A stretch of 64,000 nucleotides of DNA from Microcoleus sp. (GTDB lineage Bacteria; Cyanobacteriota; Cyanobacteriia; Cyanobacteriales; Microcoleaceae). Positions 32,948 to 42,870 of this stretch are shown piece after piece; the first letter of the stretch is position 1; every line of letters starts with the position of its first letter. Where the stretch lies: positions 256,001 to 320,000 of the forward strand of contig JAYFMW010000003.1 of the NCBI GenBank assembly GCA_042408215.1, in the 5' to 3' direction. Under the pieces are notes generated by a model. That model made no database searches. It was not told the origin of the DNA and was given only the letters and a program-made list of their open reading frames with translations. Position numbers and translations under genes: made by a program.

Positions 32948-34458
32948 TATTTCTCACCTATCTTTTCCAAAACTTCCATTGCTAATACTTCAAACTCTTG
33001 GGATGCGATTGAATCTGGCTTAAAGTCTAACACCGAAATGGGGTCGGCAATTTCCATATCTCCGAATATTTGAGTTTGTTCTGCACACTTAGCCAAATCA
33101 TCTCTTTCATAAATTACGCTTTCCATAATTTCCATACCGTAACGTTTGGGAATTGCATCCCTCCGCCTAGGCAAACTGTACTGTATAAATTTACCGTTAG
33201 TTGAGATTTTACAAGGAAGTACACCTAAAACCTGTAGAGGATTTTTGCCGATTTGTTTCTTAAATCCATTAACTTTTTTGATAAAATCTTTGACATTAAT
33301 TAATCCTTGATTCGCAAAAGGCTTTAAGTCAGAAGGAATAATTAAATAATCGGCTGCAATCAGGGCAACTCTGGCATAAAAATTTAAAGACGGTGGCGTA
33401 TCAATCAATACAATATCATATTTATCTTGTACTTCTGCTAGTTTCTGTATCAGAATCATTCTACTGTAATCCAGTGAATTTAGTTCTGTTTCATATTGCA
33501 TTAAATCAATATGAGAAGGAATTACATCTATTGCTGGAGTGCAAAAATTAGACTTTCTAGCTACTTCTGATATTGAGTAAAAATCCTCTGACTGTAAGAT
33601 GTGCAGAATATTGTTTTGTTTTAAATCATCATCTTCTTCGTCATCAAATTTGACTAAACCTGTCGCAAAGGTTGTATTAGCTTGACTGTCTAAGTCTATC
33701 ACCAAGACTCTTTTACATTGCTTGCTGAGGGCGGCGGCTAAATTGACTACGGTTGTAGTTTTGCCGACACCGCCTTTATTGTGATATACTGCAATGATTT
33801 TCATGGTATTTTGACTGGTTTGAAAGACTAAATCTAAGGGAATTTCTGGTTTAATTTCAGTATTAATTGGCAAAATTTCCGGGACTTTTTCCGGTTCTGA
33901 GATTTGACTTGGCTCAGGTTCTGCGGTGGCGGGATTATTTAGCTGTACTGGTACTTCGCTCGTTAACTGAGGACTAACTAAATTATTTTTACTATGTTCT
34001 AGTTCGAGATTTTCGGGGGTTTTTATTGGTCTTAAACTATCTCTGCCAATGAAAGCAATAATTTCATCTATTCTGGTTTCAACTTCTTGGCCAGAGCAAT
34101 TAAATACTAGCTTAATCTCTGAGGCGACTCTTTCGTAAATTCTAATTTCTTTAGCATTGGTTATCAATCCGTAGCGAATGCTTAAACTTGTTAAGTAACG
34201 CTTCAGTCTCCTGATGTGGCGGTCTAATTTTTCCTTCGGATGTTTCGCCTCAATTACTACACTCATCGGCGAGTCTGCATCGATGACTATTGGGATAACT
34301 TGGGTGGCAAAGGATAGGAAGTCTAGACGAATATTCCCAAATGCTATTTCTTGGTGCCAATTGTCGGGTGTATAGCCTAACTTGGGTAATAAATAACTGA
34401 CAATGAGTTTGCTTTCAACTTCGCTTTCGTTGCGGCAGTTATTGGGATTAAAAGTCAA
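32947..34458 (-). CDS. HsdR_N-like PD-(D/E)xK nuclease domain fused to a ParA/Soj ATPase
   Basis: NESEVESKLI..YLLPKLGY...RLDF...VIEAKHP...YGLITNA; then KIIAVYHNKGGVGKTT, LVIDLDSQAN, LIDTPPS. Confidence 0.88.
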   Translation of the reverse strand: MTFNPNNCRNESEVESKLIVSYLLPKLGYTPDNWHQEIAFGNIRLDFLSFATQVIPIVIDADSPMSVVIEAKHPKEKLDRHIRRLKRYLTSLSIRYGLITNAKEIRIYERVASEIKLVFNCSGQEVETRIDEIIAFIGRDSLRPIKTPENLELEHSKNNLVSPQLTSEVPVQLNNPATAEPEPSQISEPEKVPEILPINTEIKPEIPLDLVFQTSQNTMKIIAVYHNKGGVGKTTTVVNLAAALSKQCKRVLVIDLDSQANTTFATGLVKFDDEEDDDLKQNNILHILQSEDFYSISEVARKSNFCTPAIDVIPSHIDLMQYETELNSLDYSRMILIQKLAEVQDKYDIVLIDTPPSLNFYARVALIAADYLIIPSDLKPFANQGLINVKDFIKKVNGFKKQIGKNPLQVLGVLPCKISTNGKFIQYSLPRRRDAIPKRYGMEIMESVIYERDDLAKCAEQTQIFGDMEIADPISVLDFKPDSIASQEFEVLAMEVLEKIGEK

Positions 34459-34514
34459 TGGATTTTTGATTTTTGATTTTTGATTGGGGAATTGCTGATT
34501 GGTTGGGTGTTATT

Positions 34515-34683
34515 AGTTATTTGTTATTGGTTATTAGTTATAACTCACATCTTGCATCATTCTCAAGAACAGGCATCTTGCCTGTTCCACAAAGAGTGGG
34601 TACCGCAAATAACCAATAACCAATAACCAATAACCAATAACCAGTAACCAGTAACTAATGACTGCTGACTAAGGACTGCTGAC
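34515..34683. repeat. Heptamer short tandem repeats
   Basis: (CAATAAC)n, with inverted (GTTATTG)-type units. Confidence 0.8.
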
Positions 34684-35735
34684 TATTTGGTTTGAGCTTC
34701 AAACTCTTCCAATGTCATATAACCGCCAGAGGGATCGTACAGGTGACAGTTGTCGGCAATTCGCTTCATTAAAGCCCAAGAAAACTCTGTTTCATAGAGA
34801 TGATCTTGCCAATTTTCCTTTAAGCTGCTGTGGGCTAGGCGCAAGTTGTACCAGGGAATAGCAGTTGAAAGGTGGTGGGGAATGTGGACGTTAATGTCGT
34901 GGCACAGGAACTCTACCCAGCGGGGATAATCGCAGTGAACTGTTCCCGATAGTTGGGCTTCAGCTTCGTTCCATTCTGAAGGTTCTTTAAAAGAAATGTC
35001 TGGTGCTGTGTGGTGAACAATGGTGAATGTGCTCATCCAGAAATGGTAAACCATCCAGGGCATTAACCAAAATTTGACAAATCCCCAGATACCGGTTGTG
35101 GCAATTAATGTGGGAAATCCGATCGCAGCACCGATTAAAACTACTAACACAGAAAACCGGACTTGTTCTTGTTTCTGTTGGCCTTTGAAGCGCCACCACA
35201 TGAAGTGCACTTTTGCCCAATGGGCGATCGATCCAACCCACCACAGCCGACCGAATATTAAACTATAAGCTATTTGTAAAACCTTCGGAGCAGCAGCGTA
35301 GTCTTCTGCTGTCATCGGCTGCCAAGCATTATCTTCGCCAATTTTATTGGTGTGCTTGTGGTGATAATTGTGTCCGTGTCGCCATGCGTGAAACGGGTAA
35401 ATTAATGGCAAAAATGCTAGATGTCCGACTAAATCGTTTACCCAGCGGCGGTTAGCAAATGACCGGTGCCCGCAGTCATGTCCGATCACAAAAAAACCGG
35501 TTAATCCGGTACCTGTGAAAATCCACATCAGGGGTAGTAGAAACCAAGGTGATACTGCTAGGCCCCAGTAACCGACAGCAACTAGCAAAACGTTGATGAT
35601 GACTTTTGTCCAAGCTTTGCGGGGGTTTTTGACGAATACTTCCCGCGGCAGGGTTTTGAGAATATCTTTGAGCCGCAGGTTGGAAATGTCACTTGCGGAT
35701 GTCAAATTTAGTGGTTTTTCGATCGATGCTGTCAT
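34683..35735 (-). CDS. desA: Delta-12 acyl-lipid desaturase
   Basis: His boxes [26 protein letters not shown]. Confidence 0.93.
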   Translation of the reverse strand: MTASIEKPLNLTSASDISNLRLKDILKTLPREVFVKNPRKAWTKVIINVLLVAVGYWGLAVSPWFLLPLMWIFTGTGLTGFFVIGHDCGHRSFANRRWVNDLVGHLAFLPLIYPFHAWRHGHNYHHKHTNKIGEDNAWQPMTAEDYAAAPKVLQIAYSLIFGRLWWVGSIAHWAKVHFMWWRFKGQQKQEQVRFSVLVVLIGAAIGFPTLIATTGIWGFVKFWLMPWMVYHFWMSTFTIVHHTAPDISFKEPSEWNEAEAQLSGTVHCDYPRWVEFLCHDINVHIPHHLSTAIPWYNLRLAHSSLKENWQDHLYETEFSWALMKRIADNCHLYDPSGGYMTLEEFEAQTK

Positions 35736-36014
35736 AAATTCTCTTGGAATATTTGGAAACCCCAACTTCCAATTGGGGATTGATCTAGATTCTCCGTTTA
35801 CCAGTAGAAGGCCGGTAACAAAATTAACTCAGTACCATGTAGCCGGCTGCAAGTCAGCAGCAGGCTAGTTTAGGTAGGCGATCGCGTTTTAACAAATGCT
35901 GGCTATCGCTAGCCGCTGATTAAATGGCTAGCGCTTTTGGTTAAAAAAACTGCGGTCAACAAAACTTTACTTTTTATACCACAGGGGCGGCACAATTAGC
36001 ACGAGTTGCTACTA

Positions 36015-36302
36015 CTAATTGTTGTTGCTGCCAGCAGAATTTTGACCGATCGCAACTTGAGAGCAAGCAACATAGCGTCGCTGTTTGAGGGTTTGCACTT
36101 GCAGCAGCAAGGATTCGATTTCTGCTTGCAGGTGCAAAAATTTAACTTGGTGGTCGGCTTGATACGGAGACTTAACAGACTCTACTTTGCGGGTAAAACC
36201 GGTCGGTAGGGTAGAAGAACTAGCCATTTCGGGATTGCTAGCCGTGATTTGAGGCCGAGAAAGAGTGGAGGAATTATTTGACATTAGTAATTGGGTAGAC
36301 AT
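36015..36302 (-). CDS. Small hypothetical protein
   Basis: YQADHQVKFLHLQAEIESLLLQVQTLKQ helical motif; clean ORF. Confidence 0.65.
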   Translation of the reverse strand: MSTQLLMSNNSSTLSRPQITASNPEMASSSTLPTGFTRKVESVKSPYQADHQVKFLHLQAEIESLLLQVQTLKQRRYVACSQVAIGQNSAGSNNN

Positions 36303-36423
36303 ATCTACACATTCACACCATTAAGTAACTTTAACCTGAACCGATCGTATTAAACATCAAATTAACCGATCGAGCTAAAATTGGTGTAAATTGCTCCGAC
36401 ATTGCCTAGAAACTGTTGACATC

Positions 36424-37548
36424 GTGACCCTGATTTTACCTGCTACTGACTCTGCTCTTAACTCTGCTGCCCGCGCAGCCTTGCCGAAACACTACGGCTG
36501 GCCGGGCTTGATCGAAGCTTATCGTCCCTATCTGCCGGTGACGGAAACCACGCCGGTAGTGACACTCCAAGAGGGAAACACTCCCTTAATTCCAGCACCG
36601 GCGATCGCCGCTCTCATCGGTAGAGACGTGCGCGTCCTGGTCAAATACGACGGCCTCAACCCCACTGGTAGTTTCAAAGACCGGGGGATGACAATGGCGA
36701 TTTCCAAGGCGAAGGAAGCTGGCGCCGAGGCGGTAATTTGCGCCAGTACGGGCAACACTTCGGCCTCTGCGGCAGCCTACGCCCGACGCGGGGGGATGCG
36801 AGCTTTCGTGTTGATTCCCGAAGGTTACGTGGCTTTGGGCAAATTGGCCCAAGCTTTGCTGTACGGTGCGGAAGTGATTTCGATTCAAGGAAATTTCGAT
36901 CGGGCTTTAGAAATTGTCCGGGAAATGGCCGTCAACTACCCCGTGACTTTGGTAAATTCGGTGAATCCTTACCGCTTGGAAGGCCAGAAAACCGGCGCTT
37001 TTGAAGTGGTGGACGCTTTGGGCGACGCCCCAGACTGGCTGTGCATTCCCGTAGGAAATGCGGGAAACATCACAGCATACTGGATGGGTTTTTGTCAATA
37101 CCACCAAGCTAGAAAATGTTCGCGCCTCCCGCGAATGATGGGATTTCAAGCAGCGGGGGCTGCGCCTTTGGTGACGGGAAAGCCGGTGTCGCACCCGGAA
37201 ACTCTGGCGACGGCGATTCGGATTGGGAACCCGGCTAGTTGGACACAGGCTGTTGCCGCTTCCGAAGCCAGTCGCGGCAGTTTTTCCGCTGTTACGGATG
37301 AGGAAATTCTGGACGCTTACCGTTTGCTAGCATCCCAGGAAGGGATTTTCTGCGAACCAGCGAGTGCAGCTTCTGTGGCGGGTTTGCTGAAGGTAAAAGA
37401 CCAAGTTCCGACTGGGGCGACGGTGGTTTGCGTGCTGACTGGTAATGGTTTAAAAGACCCGGATACGGCGATTAATCACAGCAAGAACAACTTTAAACAA
37501 GGGATTGCTCCGAGTTTGGATGCGGTAGCTGGGGCGATGGGATTTTAA
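36424..37548 (+). CDS. thrC: Threonine synthase
   Basis: [45 protein letters not shown]. Confidence 0.96.
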   Translation: MTLILPATDSALNSAARAALPKHYGWPGLIEAYRPYLPVTETTPVVTLQEGNTPLIPAPAIAALIGRDVRVLVKYDGLNPTGSFKDRGMTMAISKAKEAGAEAVICASTGNTSASAAAYARRGGMRAFVLIPEGYVALGKLAQALLYGAEVISIQGNFDRALEIVREMAVNYPVTLVNSVNPYRLEGQKTGAFEVVDALGDAPDWLCIPVGNAGNITAYWMGFCQYHQARKCSRLPRMMGFQAAGAAPLVTGKPVSHPETLATAIRIGNPASWTQAVAASEASRGSFSAVTDEEILDAYRLLASQEGIFCEPASAASVAGLLKVKDQVPTGATVVCVLTGNGLKDPDTAINHSKNNFKQGIAPSLDAVAGAMGF

Positions 37549-37569
37549 GAAGTTATATCAAGATCCTCG

Positions 37570-37616
37570 GCGGTTGAAACCGCGTCTACACAAACGAAGT
37601 CCGCCTTCGCGGACTA
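37570..37616. repeat. GTTGAAACCGCGTCTACACAAACGAAGTCCGCCTTCGCGGACT repeat family
   Basis: Related copy at about 46200-46239. Confidence 0.65.
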
Positions 37617-37801
37617 AGAAATAAGACAAGCAAGATGCCTGTTCCACTCTTAGCTAAAATCCCTTGTGGGTGGAGACAAGAGTCTTCTCAAAGTCCCCCT
37701 TCTTAAGGGGGATTTAGGGGGATCTAGACTCAACTACAAGCGACATTTCCTATGATTTTGAGTCTGAAGTTGACACCAATAGCCGAATTTCCCACCCCTT
37801 T

Positions 37802-40800
37802 CTACATTTCCCCCTGAGAAATCCATGCACCCCAAAAATAAGGATGTGATAACAATTGATAATCAGGGTTAGCCTTAATAAACTCCTGTGTGAGAACTTT
37901 TTTCTCGTTGATAAACTCATCGACAATATCGCGACCTAAAGGAAATTGTCGTAACTTCTGAATCGTAATTGTCCGAATATAAGATTGAGCCTTTAATAAA
38001 GCTTCTCGCTTACCTAAACCCCGCTCAACATCACTTAAAAACCGATCCATCAACAACATAGAAACGCGGGTAGGAACTGACCACAAACTCATAATTAAAG
38101 CTTTACATCCCGCCACCGCAAAGGCACGCCGCAGCCCAAAAACCCCCTCTCCTAATTGTACATCTCCCAAGCCAGTTTGACAAGCAATTAAAATCGTTAC
38201 TTCATTTTCCCATAAATCAATCCCGGCCACATCCTGAGCTAATAATAATCCTTTCCCCGCATGGGTGGGTAAGGTTTGCCCTTGTCGCGAATTGTTGGCC
38301 CCAGCAAAGGCTAAACCCGCACGAATCATAGCATTATTAGCCGGAGCAACGGCAAAGCGATCTAAGGGGTTTTCGGTGAGGTTGAGTGCAGGAGATATTT
38401 TATATTGTTCTGAGACTTTCTCGACAAAGTTTCTTAACCATTGGGCGAGATTTTCTTTTCCTTGTGTGGCAAAAGTTACCGCTTGATTTTCCATTGCCAT
38501 CAGCAATTGGGGATTGACTAAATCTCGATTTTTTGCTAAGAGATTTTCTGCCTCTTCTTCTGAAGGAAATTTGAGCAATTCTTGGGTTAAGCGAATATAG
38601 GGACTTTCTGGTTCAAAATAGCCATGCGTAGCAATTAATAAAATTCGCGGACAGGCTGTTTGAGAGAACAGGGTTTCTACGGCTTGATCGCCTAAATAGA
38701 GATTGGGAATGGCTAATTTTTCCGCGATGCTTTTGGCTAGGGTTTCTGTTTCGGGAAGGGGGTCAAATTCCTTTGAGGATAGGCTCTTGAAAACTGGTTT
38801 TGTACTGTGTGAGTTAGCACCAGATTGAGATAAACCTTCTGTTTTGGGTTTGATCGAAGGCGGTTGAGGATAGTCAAAATTAGGATTGGCAATAATCAAA
38901 GATTCTGAGGCTTTACGGTCTGTCTCCAGTTTCCATCTTAATACATCTTTGCCACTACTGAGATAACTGATTTGATAATTATCCCTTAATAACTGTTGGC
39001 CGGTTTCATCGACGGGCAAAACGCCAAAGGGAATCAGGCTTAATTGGGAATCTGGGGCGATAAAAATGTTTTGGTAAGGTTGCAGAATTGAAAGGAGAGG
39101 TGTAAAGATTTTTTCGCGTAGGGCGTTGGGATATTGAGGGTTATATTGATAAGCGTTTAATCGTACTTCTAGTGCTTCACCCTTTTTTTTCGCGCCTCCC
39201 TTTGCCATTGTTTCTGAATGTGGGGGATTGTTTTCTAAGGATAAAACTTGACGTACCTTTTCAATTAAATCATCAATGGGTTGGGCTTCTCCTAATGAAA
39301 TCATCTGCACTGCATCGGGAGTTTCTGCGGGTAAAATAAATGCCCAATATTCCGCAGATTTCCAGTTTTCACCTTTGGCGGCTGTAAAATCATAACGATC
39401 GAACCGCACATATTCCACTAATACCGCATTGGCGGGTAATTCCAAGGCAACTGCCCGACGATCTACGGTTTGATCTTGCAGTTGAATTTCAGGAACTTGG
39501 GTGGCGAGTTCCTTTTCTAATTGTTGACATTGTTGTTCTAATTCTGCAATATCTTTTTGATACTCTCCCAAACGAGTGCGATAAATTTCTATGGGTTTTT
39601 CTGGATCTGGAATGGGAGGTTTATTGATGCGGTGATAGAGTTGTTCTTGCAAAGAACGGAGGCGATTAAACTGGGGTTTGAGGTGGGAATAGCGTTGACT
39701 GTGGATGGCAAAGTTAAACGCCGCCAACGCCGCTGCCGTCATAGATTTGCGTTTGAGAACGACATCTAAGGCTTTTTGGACTTCTGCGGGAGAGTTGGAG
39801 AAATATTGAGAAACTAAGGAGAGGAAAATGTCAAAATTTTTTCTATTATTTTTAATTAATTGAAGTCGCTCTTGTTCTGAACTAAAGGCAAAATTACTTC
39901 GCATCAAGCGATCTTCCATTTCAATTGCTTGCTGCTTTTTCTCAAATGCTGCACCAGGACGGTTGGTAAAAGCTAAAAAATTCCCTAATTTATTCAGACT
40001 ATCTGCCACATTAGGATGGTCGCCTATAAATAGGCGTTTTGTCATCTCTAATGCCTGTTGAAAGAGAGATTCAACTTTCTCGTAGCGTCCTTGAATTCTG
40101 TAGAGTGATGCCAAGCCATTGATATTGCTTGCTAAGTTAGGATGGTCGCCATTAAATAGGCGTTGGTAAATCTCTAATGCCTGTTTGTAGAGAAGTTCAG
40201 CTTCATTATAGCGTCCTTGGGATCTGTAGAGTAATGCCAAGTTATTGAGACTGGTTGCCACATCAGGATGGTCGCCATTAAATAGGCGTTGGAACATCTC
40301 TAATGCCTGTTGCAATAGAGGTTCAGCTTCACTATAGCGTTCTTGAGACCTATAGACTGACGCTAAATTATTAATACTAAGTGCTACTTTGGGATGGTCG
40401 CCATTAAATAGGCGTTTTCTCATCTCTAATGCCTGTTGCAATAGAGGTTCAGCTTCGGAGTAGCGTCTTTGGGAGTAGTAGAGTAATCCTAAGTTATTGA
40501 GACTGGATGCCATATCAGGATGGTCGCCATTAAATAGGCGTTGGAACATCTTTTGTCCCTGTTTGCATAGAGGTTCAGCTTCAGAGTAGCGTCCTTGGGA
40601 TATGTAGAGTAATGCCAAGTTATTGAGACTTTGTGCCACATCATCATGGTCGCCATTAAATAGGCGTTTTCTCATCTCTAATGCCTGTTGCAATAGAGGT
40701 TCAGCTTCAGAGTAGCGTCCTTGGAAATCGTAGAGTAATCCTAAGTTATTGAGACTGATTGCTACATCATCATGGTCGCCATTAAATAGGCGTTGGGACA

Positions 40801-41401
40801 TCTCTAATGACTGTTTATAGAGAGGATCAGCATCCGCGTAGCGTCCTTGGGATTCGTAGAGTGATCCCAAGTTATTGAGACTTTGTGCCACATCATCATG
40901 GTCGCCTGTAAATAGGCGTTTTCTCATATCTAATGCCTGTTTATAGAGAGGTTCCGCATCCGCGTAGCGTCCTTGGAAATGGTAGAAATATCCCAAGCTA
41001 TTGAGACTTTGTGCCAGATCAGTATGATCACCTGTAAATAGGCGTTTTCTCATATCTAACGACTGTTTGTAGAGAGGTTCAGCTTCAGAGTAGCGTCCTT
41101 GGGAGTCGTAGAGTAATCCCAAGTTATTGAGAATTTGTGCCAGATCAGTATGGTCGCCTTCAAATAGGCGTTGGTACGTCTGTAATGCCTGTTTGTATAG
41201 AGGTTCAGCTTCAGAGTAACGCCCTTGGGATTTGTAGAGTAATCCCAAGTTATTCAGACTGGATGCTACATAGGTATGGTCGCCTGAGTGAAGGGATTGA
41301 GCTAAGATTAATGCTTGTTCAGCAACCAGTATCGCTTCATTAAATCTGCCTTCTGTATAAAGTTCAACCACTTGTTGATTCAGGTCTTGAAGCGTTTGCA
41401 T
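37802..41401 (-). CDS. TPR-CHAT (caspase-like) protease
   Basis: About 11 kinesin-light-chain-type 42-aa TPRs; IAPDSQLSLIPF; catalytic ATHG and IACQTG; GEGVFGLRRAF; SLWSV; HPYFWGAW. Confidence 0.93.
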   Translation of the reverse strand: MQTLQDLNQQVVELYTEGRFNEAILVAEQALILAQSLHSGDHTYVASSLNNLGLLYKSQGRYSEAEPLYKQALQTYQRLFEGDHTDLAQILNNLGLLYDSQGRYSEAEPLYKQSLDMRKRLFTGDHTDLAQSLNSLGYFYHFQGRYADAEPLYKQALDMRKRLFTGDHDDVAQSLNNLGSLYESQGRYADADPLYKQSLEMSQRLFNGDHDDVAISLNNLGLLYDFQGRYSEAEPLLQQALEMRKRLFNGDHDDVAQSLNNLALLYISQGRYSEAEPLCKQGQKMFQRLFNGDHPDMASSLNNLGLLYYSQRRYSEAEPLLQQALEMRKRLFNGDHPKVALSINNLASVYRSQERYSEAEPLLQQALEMFQRLFNGDHPDVATSLNNLALLYRSQGRYNEAELLYKQALEIYQRLFNGDHPNLASNINGLASLYRIQGRYEKVESLFQQALEMTKRLFIGDHPNVADSLNKLGNFLAFTNRPGAAFEKKQQAIEMEDRLMRSNFAFSSEQERLQLIKNNRKNFDIFLSLVSQYFSNSPAEVQKALDVVLKRKSMTAAALAAFNFAIHSQRYSHLKPQFNRLRSLQEQLYHRINKPPIPDPEKPIEIYRTRLGEYQKDIAELEQQCQQLEKELATQVPEIQLQDQTVDRRAVALELPANAVLVEYVRFDRYDFTAAKGENWKSAEYWAFILPAETPDAVQMISLGEAQPIDDLIEKVRQVLSLENNPPHSETMAKGGAKKKGEALEVRLNAYQYNPQYPNALREKIFTPLLSILQPYQNIFIAPDSQLSLIPFGVLPVDETGQQLLRDNYQISYLSSGKDVLRWKLETDRKASESLIIANPNFDYPQPPSIKPKTEGLSQSGANSHSTKPVFKSLSSKEFDPLPETETLAKSIAEKLAIPNLYLGDQAVETLFSQTACPRILLIATHGYFEPESPYIRLTQELLKFPSEEEAENLLAKNRDLVNPQLLMAMENQAVTFATQGKENLAQWLRNFVEKVSEQYKISPALNLTENPLDRFAVAPANNAMIRAGLAFAGANNSRQGQTLPTHAGKGLLLAQDVAGIDLWENEVTILIACQTGLGDVQLGEGVFGLRRAFAVAGCKALIMSLWSVPTRVSMLLMDRFLSDVERGLGKREALLKAQSYIRTITIQKLRQFPLGRDIVDEFINEKKVLTQEFIKANPDYQLLSHPYFWGAWISQGEM

Positions 41402-41650
41402 AACAAATATTCCTGTAGGTTAAAAGCAAAGTCTGTCGATAAAAACGGGGTTTATACTATTCTCCACAAACCCCAACAGGACTTACCCACGTCGAGGCGA
41501 GAAACTGGGTTTCTTCGTAGATATCTAGTTGAGAATCTTCGATTTTTCATAGAAACCCGGTTTCTTTGCGTAGTCTTGCCCAAAAAACCAGCTTTTTGCA
41601 GAATTATCGGCAGAGAAACCCAGTCTATTGTGCAAAAGCCGATATCTGTA

Positions 41651-42541
41651 TTACCCCTGAGAGGCAACAACCAAATATTGCGTATATAACACCTCAGCGT
41701 TCGTTTGACTATTCACATAGTCCAAAATTCCCGCTAAATGCTCTCGATCGACTTCTAACGCTTCCTGGCGACTATCTTTCAACCACTGAAAAGGCGGTAA
41801 TTCAGGAGTAATCACAGCAAGCAGTTGTTCCCATCCTAGCTCATCGGAGCCAAAAGATTCATACTCCGAGTCAGGAAGGGGTAACTTCGTCTCTTTCCCT
41901 GCATGGTAGGAGGAACGGGCAAATTCCGAAGGACACAAACAAATAATCGTGCCGTTAGGTTCCCGTTCAAATAACATTAAATGTCCGCTTTGGGGAGAAA
42001 TCACCCGATAAGTTAAATCGCTATTAGCCGGGAATTGTTGACGCTTAATATTCCGTCGTGCGCCCATATCTGCTAATTGCGGTTCCCATTTTTCCACAAT
42101 TAACTCAGATTGCTTTTCTTTATCTGTCGTGGGCTGGGAATTTTCAGCTTTTGTTTTTAATTCGTTCCAACATTCCTCGATAGTGCGCGGCTTAATTAAA
42201 CCCTGTTCTTTTGCCCATTGTGCAAACATTTCCTCCCGCAACCAGTAGCGGCAATTTTTCCACCGATCCGCGCCTTTACTGGGTGGACATCCCATTTCTT
42301 CCATTTTATCACAAATTGAGGCTAATGTTTGCCGATAAATTTGGCCGGCATCTTGGGATTCATCATCTATTAAATGTTTGGCGGATTGCTGGGCTAGTTT
42401 TTGATGAATACAGCCATCATTATCTTTGATAAAGCGGCTGCGAAAAACCAGGTCTTTTTTTCCAGAAAAGTTAAAGCGATTAACCATCGCATCAATAAAA
42501 TCGCCTTCATTTTCATCATACAATTGCGTTAAAGTTGCCAT
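41651..42541 (-). CDS. DUF4384 domain protein with an N-terminal helical (possibly DNA-binding) domain
   Basis: C-terminus SGHLMLFEREPNGTIICLCPS...GWEQLLAV. Confidence 0.7.
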   Translation of the reverse strand: MATLTQLYDENEGDFIDAMVNRFNFSGKKDLVFRSRFIKDNDGCIHQKLAQQSAKHLIDDESQDAGQIYRQTLASICDKMEEMGCPPSKGADRWKNCRYWLREEMFAQWAKEQGLIKPRTIEECWNELKTKAENSQPTTDKEKQSELIVEKWEPQLADMGARRNIKRQQFPANSDLTYRVISPQSGHLMLFEREPNGTIICLCPSEFARSSYHAGKETKLPLPDSEYESFGSDELGWEQLLAVITPELPPFQWLKDSRQEALEVDREHLAGILDYVNSQTNAEVLYTQYLVVASQG

Positions 42542-42870
42542 AGTCTTGAACTCCTTTTAATCATCTGGGTGAAGTAGGGGCGGGTTTTGTTAAATCTGAG
42601 TTGGGTGAGATTACTCTCGGTGATAGGGTAGCGTCGCCTTTGGCGATACCCGCCCCTACAGTGAATTATTGTGTTATTTAAGTTATAGCAATACCCATTT
42701 AAAATGTCTATACTTTATGACGAAAAACTACAAAATTCGACATCGACAATCACAGATAAAAATCGACATGACAATAAGAGAAAATCTCAAGTTTTACTGT
42801 TAGCCTGTTAAGTGTAGGGGCGGTTTCAACCAGTCCCCATCACAATTAACAAACAAAGGGGAAAAAAATT

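Noticed and set aside
32947..34458. McdA (carboxysome positioning) or type I restriction-modification interpretation
   Set aside because: N-terminal nuclease fusion and ParB-like partners do not fit McdAB; no HsdM/HsdS or helicase motifs nearby
39890..41280. 126-bp periodic repeats resembling an array
   Set aside because: They are in-frame 42-aa TPR coding repeats with no unique spacers; not CRISPR
41315..41811. Overlapping small ORFs between the CHAT and DUF4384 genes
   Set aside because: Derived from AGAAACCGGGTTT-family repeats or antisense to real genes
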